NCBI GenBank assembly: GCA_021324455.1
Contig: JAJPJA010000139.1
Coordinates: 6,207-70,206, forward strand
Length of the DNA stretch: 64,000 nucleotides
Source of the DNA: Pseudomonadota bacterium
GTDB taxonomy: Bacteria; Desulfobacterota; Binatia; Binatales; Binataceae
Direction of reading: 5' to 3'
The first letter of the stretch is position 1. Every line of letters starts with the position of its first letter. The position numbers and the translations under genes are program-made. The notes under the pieces are model-generated. The model saw only the letters and a program-made list of their open reading frames with translations, did no database searches and had not been told where the DNA came from. This document shows, one piece after another, positions 1-8,877 of the stretch.

Positions 1-357
1 GTGCGCAAGGGCGACAAGCGGCTGATCGTGCTCGACGGCGAGCCGCTCGGATGCACGCTGCGGGTGCCGATGGCGGCCGAGCATCGCGGCAATATCCACG
101 TCGGCGGCACCTGCGTCAAAGCCCAGGTGACGGCGCGCGACCGCGAAATCTGCCGCGTGCTGAAACCAAGGCTGCAGCGCGACGGCCTGTATTTTGTCGG
201 CCTCGATATCATCGGCGATTTCCTCACCGAGGTTAACGTCACCAGTCCGACAGGAGTGCAGGAGATCAACCGGCTGGACGGCGTGAAACTGGAGCAGCAG
301 GTGATCGATTTCGTCGAGGCGCGGGTCAGGGCGTTGCCGCTGTCACAGAAGCATTAG
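1..357 (+). CDS. gshB: glutathione synthetase, C-terminal part (5' end outside window)
   Basis: ORF is open at the window edge. The translation GLYFVGLDIIGDFLTEVNVTSPTG matches the prokaryotic ATP-grasp GshB C-terminal signature (E. coli FVGLDIIGDRLTEINVTSPT, from memory). Confidence 0.85.
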   Translation: MRKGDKRLIVLDGEPLGCTLRVPMAAEHRGNIHVGGTCVKAQVTARDREICRVLKPRLQRDGLYFVGLDIIGDFLTEVNVTSPTGVQEINRLDGVKLEQQVIDFVEARVRALPLSQKH

Positions 358-475
358 CTGAGCGGCGATTCTCCAATGGCAGCCGGCCCCGGCCGCGCCT
401 GGGGCGGCGAATCAATACGGTATCGACAATATTCGGCACTGGCTTCGCACAGCCCACAACCCGAAAGGAACCGCG

Positions 476-916
476 ATGGACAAAATCGACGAACTATACG
501 ACCGCACCCTTATCAGCGAAGTCATCTATCGCTATTCGACCGGCGTCGATAGCAAGGATTGGGAGCTGTTTCGCACCTGCTTCACCGATCCGGTCAATGC
601 TGATTTCACTTCCACCGGAGTTCCCGCGCCGCGCGTCTTTCCCCTCGATACCTGGATTCGCGTGGTGCAGAAAACCCTGAGCCCGTTCAAGCTTACGCAG
701 CATTACAACTCCAACGTCATCGTCAAGCTGAACGGCGACGAGGCGACTGCCACCGTCTATCTCAAGGCGCGCCATCTGCATGGCGGTGATCGCGAAGGAA
801 AGTTCTGGGACGTGGGCGGTTACTACACCGACCGGCTGGTGCGAACAGCGCAGGGATGGAAAATCGCCGCGGTCAAATTCACCCAGACCTGGACCGAGGG
901 CGAAGCTCAGTCCTGA
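476..916 (+). CDS. SnoaL-like / NTF2-fold protein
   Basis: 146 aa. The N-terminal pattern DELYDRTLISEVIYRYSTGVDSKDWELFRTCF is typical of the SnoaL_4 / NTF2 superfamily. AAAGGAA lies upstream of the ATG. Confidence 0.7.
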   Translation: MDKIDELYDRTLISEVIYRYSTGVDSKDWELFRTCFTDPVNADFTSTGVPAPRVFPLDTWIRVVQKTLSPFKLTQHYNSNVIVKLNGDEATATVYLKARHLHGGDREGKFWDVGGYYTDRLVRTAQGWKIAAVKFTQTWTEGEAQS

Positions 917-1344
917 TGCTCCGTGACGGAGCCCGGTTCCAGCACGCAGCATTGCGCGATTTCGTCCGGTCCCTTGTCGGAGTCCACCGGATAGAGATGC
1001 GGATGGCCGATCGAAAAGCCCCATCCGATGTCTTCTTTGAGGTAATAAACGCCGCCGGGGCGAGTGTCGAATTCAACCGCGTCGGCGGTTTCGGTCTCGG
1101 TGCGGCAAACGACCGTGCCGGGCTTGACTTTGAAGACCTGGTAACCGCCGGGGCCCAGCCGCGCCACCGAATCGCCGCATACCACGGGCGGCCGCAGCAG
1201 CGACCCGGCAAAACTGTACGGACGATAGATATAGATTTCCGCCTGGTCCGGCGGCAGCGGCTGTTTTTCGAACTGACGCCCCTGCACCGCGCATCCGGCG
1301 CTCAGCGCCAAGCAGACCAGAAGGCTGATTGCACCGGCCCGCAT
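907..1344 (-). CDS. lipoprotein, DUF2846-like
   Basis: Signal peptide with lipobox LSAGC. The body (IYIYRP...GYQVFKVKPG) resembles small DUF2846 lipoproteins. Its 3' end overlaps the convergent gene by 10 nt. Confidence 0.6.
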   Translation of the reverse strand: MRAGAISLLVCLALSAGCAVQGRQFEKQPLPPDQAEIYIYRPYSFAGSLLRPPVVCGDSVARLGPGGYQVFKVKPGTVVCRTETETADAVEFDTRPGGVYYLKEDIGWGFSIGHPHLYPVDSDKGPDEIAQCCVLEPGSVTEHQD

Positions 1345-1362
1345 CGGCCCACCCCAATCCGC

Positions 1363-1968
1363 TTATCGCCCCTGCCCCGCAGCGGCGGCCAGGCGCGGAG
1401 CGTCGCGATAGAGTTGCTGGTCGATCTTCTCCCGCACCTGTGCTTTGGCGGCATGCTCCAGCTCCAGGTATGTGGGCTGATAGTAGAGCGTGTAATTGCG
1501 GGTTAGATGCACCTTGGCCGTGTAGTCGCCCAGTACGCGGTCGCCCTGGCTGATTCCCAGGGTGGCAAACGCGGTGACGCTGTAGCTGCCCAGCGGATAA
1601 CCGGCGTAAGTCAGGGGGTCAAAGGCCGAGATTGCCAGCGGCACCGTGTAATGGTCGTGAGTCAGCTCCTCGCGATAGTTGAACACCACGGTGCCATTGT
1701 CGGACAGCGCGGCGGCGACTGCGGGCGGCAACGCCTTGGGATTGCCGTCGATCAGGCGGCCCTTGAACGGCAGCGGAACCGCGGCGGCCGCGGTTTGCTC
1801 CGGCTCGGCCGCAGCCGCGGTATCATTGGCGGACGACGCGCCATTGGGAGCGCTGAAACTGTTGGCGTAGGTCTGGGCGGTGCAGCCCGCAAACAGCACG
1901 CAAAGCCCAATCGCGAGGAGATCCGCCGTAATTCGATGGAACACTGACACCAGCAAAGATCTAAGCAC
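1363..1968 (-). CDS. lipoprotein of unknown function
   Basis: 201 aa. N-terminal hydrophobic segment ends in lipobox LFAGC, followed by an Ala/Pro-rich linker. It lies 18 nt upstream of the next lipoprotein gene. Confidence 0.55.
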   Translation of the reverse strand: MLRSLLVSVFHRITADLLAIGLCVLFAGCTAQTYANSFSAPNGASSANDTAAAAEPEQTAAAAVPLPFKGRLIDGNPKALPPAVAAALSDNGTVVFNYREELTHDHYTVPLAISAFDPLTYAGYPLGSYSVTAFATLGISQGDRVLGDYTAKVHLTRNYTLYYQPTYLELEHAAKAQVREKIDQQLYRDAPRLAAAAGQGR

Positions 1969-2045
1969 GATCTTTAGACGCAGGTTAAGCTTTTTTTGTT
2001 ACAGCCGCCCGCCTGACGCATACCTTGCGGCGCCCTCTCGACGCG

Positions 2046-2073
2046 GCAGGGATTAGAGTGCAGGGATTAGAGT
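2046..2073. repeat. perfect 14-nt tandem direct repeat (GCAGGGATTAGAGT x2) in an intergenic region
   Basis: Read directly: 2046-2059 equals 2060-2073. It lies between the rSAM stop and the lipoprotein gene start. Confidence 0.9.
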
Positions 2074-2173
2074 AAGGAACGCGGTACGGAGCGAACCTTT
2101 CCCCGCTTTTCCTATAAAAAGTAGATGCGCGCAAATAACGCTCACGCGTCAATGACAGGCCGTGACGCCTGTC

Positions 2174-3670
2174 CTACTCATGAGCTGCGGCGGCGGCGCG
2201 GGCGACCTTGGGCGCGTGGACGTAGAGCGCATCGCCGGCAGGTCTCGCCCCGGTCTGCTTCGGCAGGGTCATCTCGTATTTCACCTGATTGAAATGGTCG
2301 CCGTACTGCCGTTTGGGATTGTAAACCTTGTGAAATTTCCACAGCATTTTGGCGAAGTTGGTCTGCCCCTGGAGCGCCAGTTTCGCCACCAGAAAGGCCA
2401 CGTCCTTGATAATCCCGAAGCCCATGTGCTTGCGATTGATCACCGACTGCGTCTTCACCAGCTCCTCGTAAAACCGATTGAGCGGCAGCCGCGTGGGCAG
2501 CACGGCGTGCTGGATATCGAACAGCCGGTAATCGCGCGTGGTCAGTTTGCGCGATTCGGTAAACCAGGTTTCCGTACCGGGATACGGCGTCGCCACCGTT
2601 AAATGGACGATCTCGGGGATGCTCAGCGCCCATTCGCGCACGATCTCGAAACGCCGCTCGTCCCAATCCGGGTCGGCGATCAGGTTAATCGCCACCGTGA
2701 CGCCGATCTTGCGCGCGATTTCCAGCGCCTTGGAGTTGATCCCCAACGACGAGCGCTTGCGATGAGCCTTCAACCCCTCCTCGTCGATCGCCTCCAGTCC
2801 GAGGAACATGTACTCCAGACCCAGGCGGCGCCAGTAGGCGAAAACCTCCTGGTTGCGGCACAGCACGTCGGACCGGGTTTCGAGATAGTAGCGCTTCTTG
2901 ATATTGCGCTTCTCCAGCTCCTGTCCGATCGCGAAGCCATGTTCGGGATGGATGAACGCGACGTCATCGACGATGAAGACGTTAGGCTCCCTGATCGACG
3001 CCATATCATCGGCCGCCGCCTCGGCGGTGGATTTGCGGTAACTGCGGCCGTAAAACGTCCAGGCGGAACAGAACGAGCAGTCCCAGGGGCATCCGCGGGT
3101 GAACTCGATCGAGGCGCAGGGGTCGAGCTCGCCGATGAAATACTTGTTGCGCCGCCGCCCCAAATGCCGTGCGGGCATGAAGCGGTCGAGATCGTCGATC
3201 AGCTTGGGCGGACCTCCCGAGCCATGCGCCGTCACCACGCCGGGCAGCTTGGAGATATCGCCGCCGCCCAGCCCTTCGAGAAGCTGCTGGGTGACGCGCT
3301 CGCCCTCGCCGCGCACCACGCAATCGATCGCGCCTTCAGCATGGTTGAGGATGTCGGGTGCGATGAACGATCCGCTGTGGCCGCCGACGAAGATAAAGCA
3401 ATCGGGGCGCAATTGACGCGTCGCCTTGGCCAAATCCACCACTTCCGGTACGTTGGCGAGGTAGTTGAGGGAAAAGCCGATGGCCTGGGGCTTGAAATTC
3501 TCAAGTTCGCCAAAGTAATCGCGATGGGTGAAGATCTGGAGGTCGATCATGCGGACGTCATGACCGGCCTCCAGGACGGCCGCGGCGACTCGTTCGAGGC
3601 CCAGCGGCTCCAGGCGCAAATACAACTCGCTGTACATCAGCGGGCTCGGGTGAACCAAAAGAACTCGCAT
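2174..3670 (-). CDS. B12-binding (class B) radical SAM enzyme, methyltransferase-like
   Basis: Start moved to the internal ATG (MRVLLVHPSP). The N-terminal domain is Rossmann-like and cobalamin-binding-like. The CxxxCxxC motif is FTRGCPWDCSFCSAW. The C-terminal LWKFHKVYNP tail is reminiscent of HpnR-type methylases (from memory, unverified). Confidence 0.85.
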   Translation of the reverse strand: MRVLLVHPSPLMYSELYLRLEPLGLERVAAAVLEAGHDVRMIDLQIFTHRDYFGELENFKPQAIGFSLNYLANVPEVVDLAKATRQLRPDCFIFVGGHSGSFIAPDILNHAEGAIDCVVRGEGERVTQQLLEGLGGGDISKLPGVVTAHGSGGPPKLIDDLDRFMPARHLGRRRNKYFIGELDPCASIEFTRGCPWDCSFCSAWTFYGRSYRKSTAEAAADDMASIREPNVFIVDDVAFIHPEHGFAIGQELEKRNIKKRYYLETRSDVLCRNQEVFAYWRRLGLEYMFLGLEAIDEEGLKAHRKRSSLGINSKALEIARKIGVTVAINLIADPDWDERRFEIVREWALSIPEIVHLTVATPYPGTETWFTESRKLTTRDYRLFDIQHAVLPTRLPLNRFYEELVKTQSVINRKHMGFGIIKDVAFLVAKLALQGQTNFAKMLWKFHKVYNPKRQYGDHFNQVKYEMTLPKQTGARPAGDALYVHAPKVARAAAAAHE

Positions 3671-4039
3671 CTCCGCCCTCCGCAGCGTCCGCGGCCGGCC
3701 CGGGACGGCGCCCAATTGCAGCGACATCGCCGGGAAGCCCAGGAAAATCGGCACATCAGGAGCTGATTTCGAAAGAATAAAACAGCTTACTTAACCTGCC
3801 TGACCGAGCGGATAGATGCAACCCATGGTGCGGATCAGGCTCGCGCCGGCCGCGCACAGGAAATGGCGGGAATTGCGCGGCTGCCGCGTGTGTTTCCCGC
3901 ATCTGGGGGGAAATACATAATATTGCCGGGGGATTTCCTGGCTCCTTCATGATTGACGCTGGGCGCTTGCTTGCGGGGTTGAAAGGCAGCCGCGGATACG
4001 GCAGTTTGCTGCCACCAATCGGATCGTTTTGAGGCGATA

Positions 4040-6580
4040 ATGGCGAACAAGCCCAAGTTGCTCGAGGGCGTTGCAGTGCTTGAAATCGGCAACGGTATCG
4101 GGGCCCCGCTCTGCGGCCGAATAATGGCCGACCTGGGCGCGGAAGTGGTCAAACTCGAAATTCCGCCGGGTGGCGACTGCACTCGCAACTGGATGTTCCC
4201 GGCGCCCAAAAACGGCGTCAGTCCCGCTTGGGTGTATTACAACCGCGGCAAAAGCAATATCGCCATCGACCTTGCCCGCCCGGAAGGCGCCCAGGCCGCG
4301 GCCGAACTGGCCGCGCGGTTCGACGTGATTATCGAAAATTTCCCGCCCGGCACCCTGGCCCGATTCGGACTGGATTACGCCACAATCAGGGCCAAAAACC
4401 CGCGCCTGGTGATGTGCTCGCTTTCCCCCCACGGGCAGACCGGACCGCTGGCCGCCGTACCCGGCGATGACGGCACCGCGCAGGCGCTGTGCGCGCTGGC
4501 GCAGCTTACCGGCAACGAAGACGGCTCGCCGGTCGTGATCGGCCAGCGTTACGCCGAGGGCGTGGGCGCGGTTTTTGCCTTGGGCGCGATAGCCGCCGCG
4601 CTGCGCTATCGCGACCGCGCCGGCATCGGCCAGTACATCGACCTCGCACTGTATGAGGGGCCGTTATACGTACATGACACCTCGCTGATGCAATATGCGT
4701 TTACCCATGGCGAGGAGGTCGCGTTCCCCACCGGGGCGCATCGTCCGGGCACGATGCCGTGCGGGATGTTCCGCGCCCGCGACGGCTATATCGTCTTCAC
4801 CATCCTGCAGCCGCAGGACTGGGAATGGTTCATCGCGCGCATCGGCCATCCCGACAAAGTGAACGACCCGCGATGGAGCAACGCGGACAATCGCTTCGAG
4901 GATCGCTACGAGATCATCCCGCTGATTGAGAAATGGCTGCAGAGCTTCCCCGGACGCGAGGAACCGGTCCGTCTGCTGCTCGAGCGTCATCTGCTGGCCG
5001 GTTCGGTCCTGAACCTGGACGAAGCCGCAAACCATCCGCAGTTGAGCGGCCGCGGATGGCTGCAGCCGGTCGAGGTGCCGGAATTCGGCCGCGTCCGCCT
5101 GATGCCGGTGCCCTACCGCTACTCCGACGCGGCGGTCGAAATCGCCTCGCGCATCGCGAATTTCGGCGAAGACAACGCCGCCGTATTGGAAAAGTATCTG
5201 GGCTGGAGCAAAGAGCGGATTGGAGCGCTGCAGAAAAGCGGCGCGCTGATCGACCGGCCGCAGGGCAGCACCAGCTTCACCCCCACTCCTGCTCCCGCAA
5301 TGCCGCCTTCAAAACCGTCAACTCATGCCAGGGTGCTCGACGGCGTGCGGGTGCTGGAAATCACCAATTATCTTGCCGGGCCGACCTGTGTCCGTATTAT
5401 GGCCGATCTCGGCGCCGAAGTGGTCAAGGTTGAAATTCCCCCAATCGGCGACTACATGCGCCGCCAGTACTATGCGCGCGAAGGGATGAGCGCCGGCTAT
5501 GCCTGGTTCAACCGGGGCAAGTCCAGCGTCTGCATCGATATCAAACGGCCCCAAGGCGCGCAGATCGTGCTCGACCTCGCGCCTCACTTCGACCTCGTGG
5601 TGCAAAACTTCACTCCCGGCGCGCAGGCCAGATACGGGCTCAGTTACGAAGCCTTCAGCGCCGTCAATCCGCGCATCATCATGTGTTCAATTTCCGGCTA
5701 CGGCGCGGACGGTCCCTACGCCCGGCTGCCCGGCAACGACACCTGCTCGCAGGCGATGTCCGGTCTTATCCAGCTCACCGGCAATGAAGATGGATCGCCG
5801 GTGTACAGCGGTATTTACCTCGCCGATATGAGCGGCGCGATCAACGGCTTCGCCAGCGCGATGGCGGCGCTGTTCGCGCGCGAGCGCACCGGCAAAGGCC
5901 AGCATATCGATCTGGCCCTGACCGAATGCCTCTTCCATATGCATGACGTGCCGCTGATCCAATACCTGTTCAGCCACGGCAAGACGGTGCCGCAGCCCGA
6001 CGGACCACACGGGCACGGCTTCAGTCCGTCGGGAATGTTCGAGAGCGCCGACGGTTACATCACCATGACCGTCGCGGACGACGCGCAATGGCGGCGGCTG
6101 ACGGAGTTGATGGGCCAGCCGGCGCTGGCGATCGACCCGAACTATGCTGACGCGGTCAAGCGGCACCAACGGCGCCGCGAACTGAAGCCGATGATCGAGC
6201 GCTGGCTGAAGTCCTTTGCGTCGCGCGACACCCCGCTGGCCTTGCTGCATAAGGCGGGGATCGCGGCGATGGCCATTTATCGCGTCGATGAAGTGGCCCG
6301 GCATCCGCATCTCGCCGCCCGCGGCTCTCTGACCAAAATCGAGGTTCCCGGATTTGGACAGACGCAGTTTCCGGTGCTGCCGTTTCGCTATTCCGAGACC
6401 GCGATCGAGGTGGGATCGAAATGCGCGCTGCTGGGCGAGGACAATTTCGAGGTGCTGAGCCGTTACCTGCAATATCCGCGGCAGAAAGTGGAACAGTTGC
6501 TGCGCGAAGGAGTTTTGTTCGAAAGCCAGTTCGCGGCGCAGCGCCGCAAGCAGTCAGCTCCGGCCGCGGGACACAAATAA
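4040..6580 (+). CDS. tandem-fused double family III CoA-transferase (CaiB/BaiF type)
   Basis: 846 aa. Two full copies of the family III fold are present (LEIGNGIGAPLCGRIMADLGAEVVKLE... and LEITNYLAGPTCVRIMADLGAEVVKVE...), joined by a Pro/Thr/Ser linker at about nt 5251-5325. GAGG lies upstream of the ATG. Confidence 0.85.
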   Translation: MANKPKLLEGVAVLEIGNGIGAPLCGRIMADLGAEVVKLEIPPGGDCTRNWMFPAPKNGVSPAWVYYNRGKSNIAIDLARPEGAQAAAELAARFDVIIENFPPGTLARFGLDYATIRAKNPRLVMCSLSPHGQTGPLAAVPGDDGTAQALCALAQLTGNEDGSPVVIGQRYAEGVGAVFALGAIAAALRYRDRAGIGQYIDLALYEGPLYVHDTSLMQYAFTHGEEVAFPTGAHRPGTMPCGMFRARDGYIVFTILQPQDWEWFIARIGHPDKVNDPRWSNADNRFEDRYEIIPLIEKWLQSFPGREEPVRLLLERHLLAGSVLNLDEAANHPQLSGRGWLQPVEVPEFGRVRLMPVPYRYSDAAVEIASRIANFGEDNAAVLEKYLGWSKERIGALQKSGALIDRPQGSTSFTPTPAPAMPPSKPSTHARVLDGVRVLEITNYLAGPTCVRIMADLGAEVVKVEIPPIGDYMRRQYYAREGMSAGYAWFNRGKSSVCIDIKRPQGAQIVLDLAPHFDLVVQNFTPGAQARYGLSYEAFSAVNPRIIMCSISGYGADGPYARLPGNDTCSQAMSGLIQLTGNEDGSPVYSGIYLADMSGAINGFASAMAALFARERTGKGQHIDLALTECLFHMHDVPLIQYLFSHGKTVPQPDGPHGHGFSPSGMFESADGYITMTVADDAQWRRLTELMGQPALAIDPNYADAVKRHQRRRELKPMIERWLKSFASRDTPLALLHKAGIAAMAIYRVDEVARHPHLAARGSLTKIEVPGFGQTQFPVLPFRYSETAIEVGSKCALLGEDNFEVLSRYLQYPRQKVEQLLREGVLFESQFAAQRRKQSAPAAGHK

Positions 6581-6616
6581 CGGCTTTGTACTCCCACAAC
6601 CCTGATCGGCTTCACG

Positions 6617-6650
6617 CAAGCCGTCGCCGCGTACGGCGCCGGCTTGTTTC
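6617..6650. terminator. hairpin plus short T-run between convergent genes (CoA-transferase / PLP enzyme)
   Basis: Nested stem CAAGCCG-TC-GCCG-CGTA-CGGC-GC-CGGCTTG followed by TTTCT. It lies 37 nt after the plus-strand stop and abuts the minus-strand stop. Confidence 0.55.
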
Positions 6651-7877
6651 TCAGGCCCGCAACGCGTTGAGGAAATCCTCGAGCAGGTCGCGCCAATGCT
6701 CGGTACCCACTGACACGCGCACCATCGCTTCATTGATTCCCGACTGCGCCAGTTCCTCGGCCGACAGCTCGCTGTGGGTGGTCGTCAGCGGATGGCAGGC
6801 CAGGCTCTCGACGCCGCCCAAACTGACGGCGTTGCGGGCGATGCGCAGGCGGCGCAGAAAATCGAATGCGGCGGCTTTGCCCTCATTGAACTCCAGCGTC
6901 ATCATCGAACCGGGAAAATCGGTCTGGGCGTCGCGGATGCGGCATTGCTCGGGGTCCGCAAAGAGGCTCGGATAGTAGATTCGCCGCAGCGCCGGATGCT
7001 CCACCAGGCGCGTCGCGATCCGCTGCGCGTTCTTGCTCTGACGGTTCATCCGCAGGCTGACCGTGGACAGGCGCGAATCCAAAATCCAGCATTCGTCGGC
7101 TTGCAGGATGTTGCCGAGCATCGCGCGCAGCCGGCGCATCCGCATCACCAGTTCGGTGTCCGGCGCCATCACCACGCCCGCGAGCAAATCGCTGAAGCCG
7201 CCCAGGAACTTGGTGGCCGAGTAAATCACCAGGTCGGCCCCATGCATCAGCGGATGCTGAAACGCGGGACCCAGCAGCGTGTTGTCCACCGCCAGCAGCG
7301 GCCGATCCGATCGATTCCTGATAGCGTCGGCCGCCGCGCCTATATCGGTCATCACCAGGGTCGGATTGGCCGGAGTCTCGACGAACACCACACGGAGATT
7401 TTCGGTCCGCTCGATGGCGGTTCTGAGTCCCTGCGTATCGCCCGCGTGCACCGGACAGGCGCTGATGCCCAGCGGCATCAGCACGCGCTGAATCAGATGA
7501 TGCGTGCCGCCGTACAGCGGCAGGGTGTAAACGATTGATCCGCCCGGTTCCAGCAATCCCAGCAGCACAGTCGATATCGCCGCCATCCCGGAGTTGAATA
7601 CGGCGGCGGCGCGGGCGCCCGGTTCCAGCGGCACCAGCTGATCCTCGACGATTTCGGCATTGGGATGCGACAGGCGGGCGTAAATCAGGTCGCCGACTTC
7701 CCGTTCCGGCTCGATCTTGCCCAACGCGACGGCGAACGCGCGCTCCGCCGCCTCTGGGCTGGGGAAGACGTAGGTGGAGCTGCGGTAAACCGGCGGGCGC
7801 GCGGATCCTACAGAAAGTCGCGGATCGAATCCCCGGGTCAGAACCGCGGTCTCGGGATGGATTCGTTGCGTGGCCAT
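6651..7877 (-). CDS. Cys/Met-metabolism PLP-dependent enzyme (cystathionine gamma-synthase / methionine gamma-lyase family)
   Basis: 408 aa. Family-typical PLP-lysine motif YSATKFLGG, with SVGTEH near the C-terminus. Confidence 0.85.
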   Translation of the reverse strand: MATQRIHPETAVLTRGFDPRLSVGSARPPVYRSSTYVFPSPEAAERAFAVALGKIEPEREVGDLIYARLSHPNAEIVEDQLVPLEPGARAAAVFNSGMAAISTVLLGLLEPGGSIVYTLPLYGGTHHLIQRVLMPLGISACPVHAGDTQGLRTAIERTENLRVVFVETPANPTLVMTDIGAAADAIRNRSDRPLLAVDNTLLGPAFQHPLMHGADLVIYSATKFLGGFSDLLAGVVMAPDTELVMRMRRLRAMLGNILQADECWILDSRLSTVSLRMNRQSKNAQRIATRLVEHPALRRIYYPSLFADPEQCRIRDAQTDFPGSMMTLEFNEGKAAAFDFLRRLRIARNAVSLGGVESLACHPLTTTHSELSAEELAQSGINEAMVRVSVGTEHWRDLLEDFLNALRA

Positions 7878-8192
7878 GATACGCCTCCCTTCGCGCGCCG
7901 GCTCCCGGCCTCAGTACGAGCGGGGCGGGCGGCGCCGCCCCTCGCTCGCCTGCAGCCGCATCGCCGCTGCTTCCATTGTCTTCCCCGCAATGAGTGGCGC
8001 GCAACCACAACTGAAAAAGATCGCGCCCGCGCGCACCTGTAATGCGGTAAGCCGCACCGTGTCATTTCTTCAGAGGGATGATTTGCCGCGGCGGAGAAAA
8101 CCCCGAACAGACGGGCCCGGTTCTGGCACGGCTGATGCTCCCCCGATCAATCCCTGTCCGTAACACCATTGAAAGCGCAGGAGGTGCATTGC

Positions 8193-8639
8193 ATGGCGCC
8201 GGTTCAAATCCTGGACCATCTGATCAGCGTATGCGTGGACAGCGAACGCCGTTACCGGCATGCGGCGCGTGACGTCAGCCGCGACGATTTGGAGGCTTTC
8301 TTCAATCAACAGGCCGACAACCGCAAAGCCGCGGCCGACCAACTCCAGGCCGAGCGCAGCCGCATGGGCGTGGTGAAAGAAGAATCCGGCACCTTCTCCG
8401 GCCTGATGGATCGCCTCGAGATGGACCTCAGCGTGGTCCACAGCATGGGCGACAGCGGCGTGGTGGATTGGTGCCGCCAGGACGCCGAACAGGTCGAAAG
8501 CGAATATCGGAAGGCGCTGGGCAGCGGCGATCTTCCCGCGCAGATACGTCCGGTGCTGGAGCGGCAGTTGATGGCCGTTCGCGCCACCCTATCCGAATTG
8601 GAACGCGTGCTGAAGGCTTACGGCGGGCCGCGATCCTGA
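8193..8639 (+). CDS. PA2169/DUF2383-family four-helix-bundle (ferritin-like) protein
   Basis: Start set at the ATG 8 nt after AGGAGG. The pattern ILDHLISVCVDSERRYRHAARDV...ESEYRKAL fits the DUF2383 family. Confidence 0.7.
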   Translation: MAPVQILDHLISVCVDSERRYRHAARDVSRDDLEAFFNQQADNRKAAADQLQAERSRMGVVKEESGTFSGLMDRLEMDLSVVHSMGDSGVVDWCRQDAEQVESEYRKALGSGDLPAQIRPVLERQLMAVRATLSELERVLKAYGGPRS

Positions 8640-8877
8640 GCGGCCGTATCGAGCAGAACCCGCGCCAGAGCGGCGCGGTGACGATGAGCCATGTTATCGA
8701 GCATGTGCGCGAACCGAAGCGGATTCTGGCCGAGTACCGCAATCGGGCGCGATGCAGCGGCGCAAATTCCATTCTCCGGGAGCGGCGAACAGCCGGCCGC
8801 GGCAGCGCCGCCTTGACCCCGCGATCCTCCTGTGGTGGGATGCTTTTACCGCGCAATTTCGTTCACACAGGACCGGA

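Noticed and set aside
2603-3766. 387-aa plus-strand ORF antisense to the radical SAM gene
   Set aside because: The translation is Arg/Ala/Gly/Leu-rich with no motifs, and the opposite strand carries a clear family signature. This is a typical shadow ORF of GC-rich DNA.
3756-3950. 64-aa ORF immediately upstream of, and co-directional with, the B12-rSAM gene, considered as a possible RiPP precursor
   Set aside because: It has no Shine-Dalgarno, poor codon usage (ATA, TTA, AGT) and an Arg/Pro-rich translation. It overlaps a strong hairpin. There is not enough support to call a peptide gene.
3671-4039. Cobalamin riboswitch upstream of the B12-dependent rSAM gene
   Set aside because: Only a simple hairpin (3866-3900) with a partial CCCGCCA match is present. 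The GGTGAAAATCC-type core and the multi-stem architecture are absent on both strands.
6883-8010. 375-aa minus-strand ORF overlapping the PLP enzyme gene in another frame
   Set aside because: The translation is extremely Arg/Gly/Ala-rich. The PLP-enzyme frame has the SATKF lysine motif and full-length homology-like structure.
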